A stretch of 64,000 nt of DNA from Octopus bimaculoides (lineage: Eukaryota). The position numbers and the translations under genes are program-made. The stretch spans positions 86,846,985-86,910,984 of the forward strand of contig NC_068982.1 of NCBI RefSeq assembly GCF_001194135.2, given 5' to 3'. Below are positions 41,370-52,544 of this stretch, piece after piece. Within the stretch, counting starts at the first letter, position 1; each line of letters begins with the position of its first letter. The notes below the pieces were generated by a model. It worked only from the letters and a program-made list of their open reading frames with translations. It made no database searches and was not told the origin of the DNA.

Positions 41370-41820
41370 AATCGTCGTCGTCGTTTAACGTCCGCTTTCC
41401 ATGCTAGCATGGGTTGGACGATTTGACTGAGGACTGGTGAAACCAGATGGCTACACTAGGCTCCAATCTGATTTGGCAGAGTTTCTACAGCTGGATGCCC
41501 TTCCTAACGCCAACCACTCAGAGAGTGTAGTGGGTGCTTTTACGTGTCACCCGCACGAAGGCCAGTCAGGCAGTACTGGCAACGGCCACGCTCATCTCGC
41601 TTGAGAAACCTCATGTGTCACCCGCACAAGAGCCAGCCCAGGGGCACCGGCAACGATCCCACTCGAAAATCCTACAACAACCCCACACAAGAGCCAGCTC
41701 AGAGGCACCGGCAACGATCTCGCTCGAAGAAATTCCATGTGTCACCCACACAAGAGCCAGCCCAGGGGCACTGGCAACGATCCCGCTCGGAAGATTTCAT
41801 GTGTCGCCCACACATGAGCA
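41370..41820 (-). mobile_element. RTE 3'-UTR-derived repeat with internal ~60-70 bp tandem units
   Basis: Near-identical to 26455-26700. Units TGTCACCCRCAC.AGAGCCAG...GGCAACGATC..CTCG are repeated about 5 times at 41545-41820. Confidence 0.8.
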
Positions 41821-42724
41821 ATCTCAAATCAAATTGGTGACTGAAAGATTTTTCTCTGAACTAAAGTTACAAAAGATCATACATTTATCTCGTATTGAGA
41901 ATTCATATTGTATGACGATGAAACAGTGTTTCAGACATTGCAGGCTATTAGTAATATTTCTCAGTAATATATTTAATTTCCAATGGTGTTTGGAAATTAT
42001 AAGTATCAAACATGATTTATTGAGCAACACTATGGAAACAATAATGCATCAAAGTATAATCAGTTGAATTGAATCTTCTGAATAATTCATATTTTATTGA
42101 CTTAAATTTAGAAAATACAGCAATATAGCAAAATAATGAAAGGCATCTAGTGCAAGATTATCATTTTTGTTATTTCATCAAAATTAATAATAACAATGAT
42201 AATTATTACTGTCAGGTATTCTAGTACAATATTGATTTCTTGTTAAAATCAATGTTACTCAATTGCAAACACCAGTAAGAGCCACTTAATGTCTGTTTCT
42301 TAAAACTTTGTGAAAAGGCAAAGATGTCACAATTCTTTTTGGCTTCTGACTCTACACCTAGAGAAGAAATTATTATTCTTATTATATCATCACTCATACA
42401 ATGTTATAGGGGAGATGAAAAAGTATGTCTCTCTTATTGATGTCTAAAAAAAAAGTCTAAAATATTAAATCAAATATTTAATTAGAAGAAATTAAATTGT
42501 ATTTTTCATGGTTCTAATATTTTCTACTTCATTACATCAGCATGTTATTGCATAACAAAATTAAAGATACCTTGTTTTGACTCTACCTCTACCTCTAAGT
42601 GTGTATGTGTGTTAGTATATATGTTGCCTATTAAATCAAACCAAATAGTTACAAATTAACACACTAAGCAAATTCTATTAATTTAAAGTGATTATACAGA
42701 CATACATACAATATGTGTGTGTGC

Positions 42725-42781
<57 letters not shown>

Positions 42782-43380
42782 TACACACACACAAGCATAC
42801 AGACACATCTATATTTATATAACCATACATATAAAATTATACACATTGCATTTTTGCATGCACATTTGAAAAAGTCATGCATATGGAAATGTTTAATACA
42901 AGTGTGCATATATGCATGTATGTATGTGTGTACCACAATATTTATACACACAAATGCTTTCATATATTTATGCACATAACCACATACACAACACTCACAC
43001 ATATAATATATATATATATATATTTGATAAATGAAGGAATCTAAAAAAGATATATTTTTTTAAAGTTAATGCACACTATTAAATTGGCAAATTATAATAA
43101 AATGTTAAAAATAAATTAAAAATATGATAAAATAAATCATTTTTGAAGATGTGATCCAAAAATGCTGCCCCCTATGAAATTGTTGCTTTTATGCTTTGTT
43201 GTGTACATATAAACATTTTATTAGCTCTTCAGTGCTACTGTTGATATTCTTTGAAATTATGCATGTGTGTCGCTAGACATACATACATACATACATATAT
43301 TACACACACACACATGATGTATCTATATATCGCATATATACACATATACATGAATACATACATGCCTACATAGACACCCA

Positions 43381-43429
<49 letters not shown>

Positions 43430-44224
43430 TTTATACATTTGTGTATTTGTGTGTGTATGTATGCATGCATGTATGTGTGTATATACATATGTATTTATAT
43501 ATATGCATACATGCCACCATATTTGGATTTACATACATATATTTGTATAAAATCTGTAAATTATATTATATATGTATGTATTTGTAATTTATGGATTATA
43601 TATATCTGCATGTATTTTAAATTCAATCGTTTTCCTTTATGTTGTTCAAAAAATAAAAAAATAAAAATTGTTAAAAAAAAAAAACAAACAAAATTCCATT
43701 GAAACAAATGCATATTCTATTGCTGGCAAAGAATCGAAAATCATGAAAAAATAAAATATAAACATAAAAAAGAAAAATAGCATTAAATTTAGAAAATCTG
43801 CCATCTGGTATTTTTAAGTTATAAAAATAAAGATATATATGTATATATAAATATATATATGTATGTGTATATATATAATATATATATAATATATATATAA
43901 ATATAATAATGTACTTGTTTGTTTTAATTGATTTATTTGTATTGTGATTAACAGCTTTTCAGATTCAGTTCCAAGTGGCTGAAATATCTTTCTTTTTGGT
44001 TTTAATTTTTTTGTAAATGGTTTTCTTCATCACTGAAACTTTAGGCAAAATAATTAAATTTTCCTTAATGAGTGTTAGGAGATTAATACTTAGCCATTTT
44101 AGTGATAGTACTTATGTGGTGTATGTCTCAATTTGCTGTTTCAAAGACGAATGTGACAAAAAAAATTAGAATATATTTGTTTTATGCAAACGAATCTGGA
44201 AACACTGATATGACATATATTCCT

Positions 44225-44560
44225 GGTACAAGAGAAATACTATGAGTTTATGGTGGAAAATATCTGAACATAAAGGCCTTGCAGACAAGTGATGGCACAT
44301 GGAATGGAATGGTTGTATTTTACATACCAATTTGGATAAATCAATTATAAAACATTGGCACTGGTACATACATACATATGTACATACATACATATATACA
44401 TACATACATATATACATACATACAAGTGCTATGAATTTGTGGTGGAAAGTACCTGAGCATGAAAGCCTTGCAGACAAGTGGTAGCATATGGAGTGGAATG
44501 GATGTATTTTACATACTAATTTAGATAAATCAATTATGAAGCATTGGTACTGGTATATAT
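44225..44560 (+). repeat. Direct duplication of ~130 bp separated by a (TACA)n tract
   Basis: ATGA.TTT.TGGTGGAAA.TA.CTGA.CAT.AA.GCCTTGCAGACAAGTG...GATAAATCAATTAT occurs at ~44241 and ~44430. Confidence 0.85.
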
Positions 44561-44563
44561 ACA

Positions 44564-44594
<31 letters not shown>

Positions 44595-47500
44595 GTATAC
44601 ACATACACACACACACGCATGCTAATATTGATCAGTGAGATGTACTCAACACCACATCGGAAATGAGCACTAACATTCTCAAGTGGTATGCTTGAACAGT
44701 TGTAAAGATCTGCCATTGCATGAAACCATTGGTAGTCTTGTTAACTCTCAAATGATATATATACACATACATATTTATGATTAAAGCTTAGGTAGAAGAC
44801 TTTAAGGTGTTGTATCCAAACCTTGTTATGGGAATGTCTTTTCTAGCATGCCTGCAGAGCACGTTTACTGCCTGCAGCTACTGGTGTCATCCAGAGTAGT
44901 CCTCTTTTGTTGCTGGTTGTACGTAAGGAATTCCTTGGTGCATGTTGAGTGTATTCTAAATGATTAATATGGAAGACAGAGTGTACTGGAAGCTTTAATT
45001 ATTTGGGGAACAATGTGATGGAATTGAATGCACCCCATATTGCAGAAGAAACCTACTCAGGTCACATAAAGTAGTTCAGAGTTATTAGATGTACATTTTC
45101 TAACATGTGTGGCAAGATATATGCTTTAATGGCAAAATACAAAATCCCATAGCCACAGTACTCCTGTGAGGGGTAGTGGCACTAGGTAGTCTTAACTTTA
45201 AAAGATTCAACAATGTCACATAAATGGTGATTATTCTTGGTGATATGCTCACTTAGATAATACTCATTCATATATAACACACTGAAGACAAATTGCTTTG
45301 ATCTGCCAATGGTTTTTGATAGAGTTTGCAATTTTATGGAAAAGGAGTAATTCTCTTTCGAGGCCAGCCTAAAGTTTAGCTGTATTGGCATTATCTTTGA
45401 ACTGCATCAAGTGTTGTGGAGAAGCAAAGATTCTTATTACTCTACCTGGTCCTGTGTCCTGAAGAGAGTTACCCCTGACAAGTTTCCTATCTGAATAAGA
45501 CAGACATTTGCATATAACTAGACACACATGTATATTGGGTGTTATAATCTACAAGTAGTTTACTCAGCTGAATACACAATGTGCAAAGATGGACAACTAT
45601 CCTACTACTACTGTGGATAATGATGATGATGATGATGAGAAAAAGGATGGAGATAGCTGAAGCATGGAATAAACTGCCTGCATCAGTTGTTCACTGTCAG
45701 GACACTACATCCTTCAGAATTTCCATACTTCCTGAAATTTGCCAACAGTACACCTGATCCCACTTCCCACTTTTTTTTAAATGACTGTTCATTTTGTGTA
45801 CTGTTCATGCATTTTTGGTTACTTTTTCTGATGAACTGTAGTGCACTTGAGTACTGTATACAATAAGTTATTTACATTGGTATGTCATTTAAAATGATAA
45901 CCACCAGGATCTTTTAGAAACACTTAACCCCTTTTTAAAGATTTTCAATCAATGACAGGTGACATTGATTTATAATTGAATTATATTAATACACTTATGG
46001 ACCTACTGAGTCCCAGTGCTGCATCACCCATACCACCTATGTTAAGATAGTAATGGCATGAGCATTTAAACCTGGCAATTCCTATTCCTTTCCAGTACAG
46101 CTGATTTCTTTCAGAGAGAGAAGGAGAAAGAGAGAGAGAGAGAGATGAAGTATTGACTGGGACTTTCCTGACCCCTAGAAAAAAAAAATGAAAGGTAGAG
46201 TTCAACTCAGAGCACAGAGGGCTATAGCCTGTTTAAAGCATGCTGAAGATCACCTTTCTAAGAAGTAAGTAGTCGTCCATGTCATCCATAAATATCAACC
46301 AACAGATCATTCACTCACCAGATTTTAAAACACATGTCAATCCAAGAGATTATGAAAAGTAGAGGTGACAGTACACCCCAGTGGCATCGACTCTGAACTC
46401 AAACTTAAAAGCTAGGGCATTTGTATAGGAACTTCAAAGCAAGGGTTCTTCTGGGTTATAGACTCATATAACATGGAGTGGTCATTCTGTGAGTTGTGTC
46501 CCTTTGTGATGGGAATGGAAGATTTGAATCGTGGAAAGCATATCAAAGGATTCCCATTTGAGGAGGAAGTTATAAGATGATCACTGAAGGTTTTCATAGA
46601 TAATTTAATGATTGTGTCAAGCCAAAAAGTGTGAGTTGAAGTAAACTTGAAGAACTAATTTCATGGGGTTCAATGAAGTTTAAGGCAAAGGTTTCAGGTA
46701 AATGGAGAGAACATCTCGTTTCAGAATAGGGAGTAAAGGGTATGACATGCTGATAAGAAGGAAAACTTTGAAAACTGACATTGTGGAGTAAAGATTCAGG
46801 AGCTAGTGAGAGAGACTCAGGTAGATTGATAGGATAATGATTCTTAGAAAGGCAAAAGTCTGATGCTGTCAGTTTGGATTACTACCAAAAGCTGTGTGAT
46901 AGTAATTACAAGAGTTGAGCAGCTAAAACAAATTATGAATGCTTACTATAGGAAGTGACTGGGTATATCAAGAATGTTGACCCATGGTGCTCTCTTTAGC
47001 TATTTAGGGAAATTGCAATTGCCATTGACACAGGGAGTTGAAGAATTTAAATGAGCAAAGTGCACTTGGTTATTATAATGAGAAAGTCTGGAGATGTAAC
47101 TATTGCCAAATGATACTTCCAATTTGAAGTTGATGCAAGCAGAAAGTGGATGAAGTCATGCACATGAAAAGTTGAGCATTTTGAGTGTGGTGCAAACTGG
47201 CAGATGAAGTGTATGCTTTCTGCCTACAAAGCAATGTTTCAGTTTGCAAAGTTGGAAGATTTGGCGATGGAAATCTTCAAAATGAAGGAGAATAAGATTG
47301 AACCCAAAGATAGCAGGGCAGAGAGTTCAGAATGCTTCGGTGCACTGGGACAAAGCAGATTAGAAGTGCATCTCATTGAAGATCTACTTTTAAAGCAGAT
47401 CATCAAGATCAATCTGGATTTTGATTGGTTCCACAGTTGATGCGCTGCCATCTCCAGTGAATTCTAAGTGATGAAGAATTGGTAAAAATGAGATGTAAAA

Positions 47501-48299
47501 GTTCTACATGAAGTCAAATGTGTTGCTGGAGCAGGTATTTTCTTGCTATGGAGCTATTCCCTCAGCTATCTTGGAGGCAGCTGGCAGAGTTTATGAACAA
47601 ATTGGTGCAAAGAAAGAAGGATACAAGACTACAGAAGGTGAGCAGTATTAAATTTGGGATGGAGGGAAAAAAGTAAAGAGATGAAAGGGGTTGTGGGATG
47701 TTAGCAGTGGCAAATGACTAGAAGGTGCTAGTGAATGAAAAAGTAAAACAGATGGTACCAGCAGAATTAATGGAATTTGATTTGTCTTTTGTGGTAAGGG
47801 TGGCATTTCTTAAGTTTATCATAGAGTTGATTGCTGTGAGAGATGAGGACAAAGGAAGTGAAAGGGAGGAAGAGGAAAAGTATGTAGAGTTGGTGGGAGA
47901 GTGCAACAGAAATGGGTGGAGGACAGAGATATGGACAGTGGTGGTTGTGTGTAGGTGCTTTGTAAGAAATGCTGTTGAGAAGTGGATTTGGACTTTGTAG
48001 TCGGAGGTGAAGTGGAAGGGGGGGGGGGGGTTAAAGCAAATTTGTTTGACAGCAAAGATTGGTCCAAATTGGGTAGTATATAAGGTGGCAACCATCAGTT
48101 GATGCGATACTGAGTATGGCATCCCAATGTTGTACCAGCCAGCTAGACGAAGAAGTAGATGTACGAAAATGTAGTGTTCTTAAACGGCTGAAACATCGAT
48201 AAAGTCTAATAGAAAACAACAGTTCAAGTCTTTTAAACAGCAGGAAGTGTTGTTATGAAAGAACAAGATCGATAAGTTATTTTTAGAAATACGTTGTAC

Positions 48300-49100
48300 A
48301 AATGTTTATGTATCAGCAACGTTCCTTCAGTAAACCTTCTCAGAGCAGCTCGAAGAAGGTGAAAAAACATAGGAACTAGCAGAAATAACTCACTGATTGG
48401 GTATTTCTTCATCTAAGTATGCGTCTAATACTGAGACTGACTAACTGAAAAGTTCCGTTCAAAGTTGAGATTTGGTTATTGCGATAGATGAAGAATGAAT
48501 AAACAATATAGGTTTGTGGCTTGTAATAATAGCGTAAGTTGCAATGGCTTGTAGCAGTGGAAGCTTGTAACAGTAAATTAAGTTGTAATGACCTAAGGTC
48601 ATCGTCGTCATTAGCACATTGTTTGTGAGGCATCTTCTATGCATTTCTAATCAATTTATGAACTCCGCTTCTGCCCTGCTGTTATCTCTCGCCACTTTGC
48701 TAATGCTTATGGGTGCTGTCTTCCCTCTTTTGTGAGATCCATCGCGTGTTACTGATGACAATTTCCGTTCAATTAGTCTGCTAATCCGGTTTCTGAACTC
48801 TTTTTTCTGCTATCAAAAGCACATTCAGCTTCCATTAACCGGGGATTTTGTGTCAGTCTTGTCTTAGCTGACTACACAGGTCGCCAATTTGTGGCCCGTG
48901 TAGCCAACTACCTGAGACGGTAGACTCTGTTCACTCTAATGGTTAACTCGAAGGAAACTAACTACGACCTGGATCACCGGTGTGATTTGTTCAAGTCCAC
49001 TTTGGCGCATTAAGGAAATCTAGATGATATTGGTCAGATCGTTGGAAATACTTGAGCAAACCTGTGAGGGTTTTGTATTACTTCTTTCATAGGTTACAAT
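48300..49100 (-). mobile_element. Very degenerate Penelope-like GIY-YIG / pseudo-LTR remnant
   Basis: The minus strand gives NII*IS..CAK.GL...TGDPGR, resembling NIIY.I.C..C...YVGETGR. A relic hammerhead-like CTGA-GA...G(G)AACGTT lies near 48315-48345. Confidence 0.35.
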
Positions 49101-49464
49101 GATATCACTGTTTACATCGGCCACTACCATCATTCTAGTTTAGTTCATGTGGTGAGGTGTATAAGTGACTTTTACTTTGATGATTCACCTTCCCACATAC
49201 AAAGGGATCAATGCAAAATGTTCGTATGTGCATATAATTGTGGTTATATATTGTTCGGGCTTCTTGCTCGCAGTTATACACGACTACTACCGTTTTGTGT
49301 TGCTTCTCCTTCGATACGTATTCGACAATCGACCACATGATAACGATGATGATGATGATGATGATTCTTTTATTTTCCGTTATATTGATGAATGAGGAAC
49401 ATTTAAAGAACAAGTGACTAAAAATATGGAGATTACATAGAAATTAGGTGGATTGAAAAAGATG

Positions 49465-50673
49465 TGTAGTGAAACTACCTCCCGCCATTAGATACAAACT
49501 ACTATCGCCATTACATACAATCTTCTCATTTAAATATAAATAAATGCGAGCGTAGTAGAGAACCCATTCCTTGTCATCACGTGACTGATTATTATTCGAA
49601 TCGGCAAATTCTTCGAACCTTTCCCGCCAGAACGCAAACTGACCAATCACGGCCCCTAATAAGGTCACGTGATAGAGTAAAATTCTGAAGCCATCTGGGA
49701 GCCCTCTTAACGTTATATATAGATCAACTCATACCCCACAAATTTGTCTCGGTCCAGTTTCTCTTTGAGAACTGTTCCGTGTACCACACAACAGCAGCAG
49801 CAGCCAGCGACCACTTCAGCAGCTTCGTCCAGCCAACGATGACCACCNNNNNNNNNNNNNNNNNNNNNNNNNNNNNNNNNNNNNNNNNNNNNNNNNNNNN
49901 NNNNNNNNNNNNNNNNNNNNNNNNNNNNNNNNNNNNNNNNNNNNNNNNNNNNNNNNNNNNNNNNNNNNNNNNNNNNNNNNNNNNNNNNNNNNNNNNNNNN
50001 NNNNNNNNNNNNNNNNNNNNNNNNNNNNNNNNNNNNNNNNNNNNNNNNNNNNNNNNNNNNNNNNNNNNNNNNNNNNNNNNNNNNNNNNNNNNNNNNNNNN
50101 NNNNNNNNNNNNNNNNNNNNNNNNNNNNNNNNNNNNNNNNNNNNNNNNNNNNNNNNNNNNNNNNNNNNNNNNNNNNNNNNNNNNNNNNNNNNNNNNNNNN
50201 NNNNNNNNNNNNNNNNNNNNNNNNNNNNNNNNNNNNNNNNNNNNNNNNNNNNNNNNNNNNNNNNNNNNNNNNNNNNNNNNNNNNNNNNNNNNNNNNNNNN
50301 NNNNNNNNNNNNNNNNNNNNNNNNNNNNNNNNNNNNNNNNNNNNNNNNNNNNNNNNNNNNNNNNNNNATCACTCACATACACACTTTTCTTTGTATGACG
50401 GCCTGTCTCTGATTATGTTATTATATGTCGCATTCACACTCTCACACAGACATACACTTTAACGCCATAATAAATATCTCTGTTATTCATCTAATACGGT
50501 TGTGGTCTTTCATTACTGGTCATCTATGTTATCGTCGCATAACATATCATGTATATCAGCTTTGATATATATTTGTATGTTCGACCGTGTGACACGTTTA
50601 AATAAAAGGAGTCCTCTGTTTCTTCCATTCGTCACCATTTCTCCTTTTTGAGTTCGCACGGTCGTCCCTTACA
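49465..50673 (+). mobile_element. Solo LTR (copy 1) of a probable gypsy-type family; contains a 520-N gap
   Basis: Starts TGTAGTGAAAC, ends TTACA and is flanked by 4-bp TSD GATG (49461-49464, 50674-50677). CCAAT 49643, CACGTG 49666, TATATATA 49714, AATAAA 50469. Confidence 0.88.
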
Positions 50674-51551
50674 GATGTATTTATCACATACACTTGTGCA
50701 CTAGAATCCTCAGAGGGAGACCGTCACCTAGGGTCGACCAAAGAACTCACAGATTCAGGATTATCCTAATTATGGAAGGTAAGTTCCGCACCTTCAACTC
50801 CTAGTACCTTACCTAAAGGTGTACTCGAAGAGCAGATCAACTCTCTTGGATCATATTTGTTACTTACAAGCACCTTTCAATAAAACTTGGATGGCAATGT
50901 TCCATTTAGAACTTACAAAAGTCGATGATGGCTTGGCCGAAAGGATGTTTGTCTTCAATCATTTTAGTCATGTCCGCCATACAGCCTCTTTCGTTAAAGC
51001 TATGAGATAGAAAAAAAAATCACCTGTTTGTTGAAAGTATCGAATTTGTTTCATTGTATTAAAAAATTTAATTATGTTGTAGTGACGTCACATTGGCGCC
51101 AAAAGGCCGACGCCATTGCTGAATCCTTAACCACGCATGCGTGGGTTTCAACATCGAAGCGTTCCCGCTATTAGGCTGTCTCTTACCAAGCCAGACAGCG
51201 ACCAAGCAAGACGTCTAAGCCAGCTCTCCCATTTGAGTGTGGTTGAACCAAGTTGTCTCTATAACGACACCAGCTCGAAAAACCGTACATCTACATTTCA
51301 GGCTACTCTAAAACCGGACAATTAGAAGCTGTTTTATTTTCCACCGAACAATAAATATTTGTTGTTGTTGATCAGTTTGGAGTTTCTGCGTTCAGTTCTC
51401 TTCCAATTTAATGTAGGAAAGTTAGGTGTATATCTAAAGATATATAACCCACTCTCCTAAAATGTCTTCGATTTCATTCCAGAGTTAAGCTTGTTAAACG
51501 TGTAACAGTTGGACACATTGGACACATTGTAAGAACAATGATAATAAGTCT

Positions 51552-52116
51552 TTAGATGTATAGGTTGTAGTTTCATCTAATGGGACTCAACTCAGAAGCC
51601 TATAATATCACTTGACAGGAACACGGTATAAAGAAATACATGGAACAAGGTGGGAAATTTAAATGTCGGCCACAAACTGAATAATAAATGGAAGTGGTTG
51701 ATGGACATTTATTCATATATCTACATGCATCTGCGTGGGTTGTATGTTTGCTGTTAACCCTGGTGAAAGGCTCACGAACCACTGAGAGACATGATGGTGG
51801 CGAAGAAGTTGGAGAACGCTGCAATGTGGTCTGTGGTTGGACCTTAGAAGGTCTGGAACCAATAGACGTCAGCAACATCTACACAACACCAACACACTGC
51901 ACTGGTTCTAACATATCGTTGTTCGTGAGTCTCTCACCGGGGTTAACAGCAAACATACAACCCACGCAGATGCATATAGATATACACATGTGGCGGGCAT
52001 TAAAGACAAAGTTATTACCTTATTCCATGTATTTCTTTATACCGTGTTCCTGTCAAATGATATTACAGCCTTCTGAGTAGAGTCACATTAGATGGAACCA
52101 CAACCTATCCATCTAC
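51552..52116. mobile_element. Foldback/MITE with ~125-bp TIRs
   Basis: 51552-51677 (…CATCTAATG.GACTC.ACTCAGAAG…GACAGGAACACGGTATAAAGAAATACATGGAA…) is mirrored at 51988-52116. Confidence 0.85.
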
Positions 52117-52202
52117 AATTTTGACCCCGACGTGATGCACAGACTATTCTTCTATAATGGTCATCCCGACGTGGAAAACATATCCTTCTATAATACTAAT
52201 AC

Positions 52203-52235
<33 letters not shown>

Positions 52236-52544
52236 TAGCAGCACTACTATGCACCGCACACATATTACGTAAAACACTTTCAATACAGTAATCATAAGAG
52301 CATCACAGCAAACCGCAGCACATACCCAAGGCACATCGAGCTGCGCTCGGTAGTTTAGTGAAAGCGCGTTATAAAAATAAGACTACTGTATAATAATAAT
52401 AATAACAATAATAATAATATAATAGTAATCCTTTCTTTATACACCACTGAGGATTCATATAATAGATTGGAAATGATATAGGACATTACAATACATATAG
52501 AGTGGGATTGAATCTTGTTAAAAGAGATATAAGATATAAATTAT

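Noticed and set aside
43517-43526. Isolated perfect CArG box CCATATTTGG downstream of Egr
   Set aside because: It is a single site within microsatellite-rich DNA, and a few such matches are expected by chance in 64 kb.
42664-43702. ORFs rich in Y/I/C/V/H/T repeats (also 33332-33861, 21562-21877 and others)
   Set aside because: Translations of (TA)n, (CA)n and (GAT)n microsatellites.
46600-47900. Possible degenerate LINE or gene in purine-rich sequence
   Set aside because: No convincing RT or other protein motif could be read in any frame.
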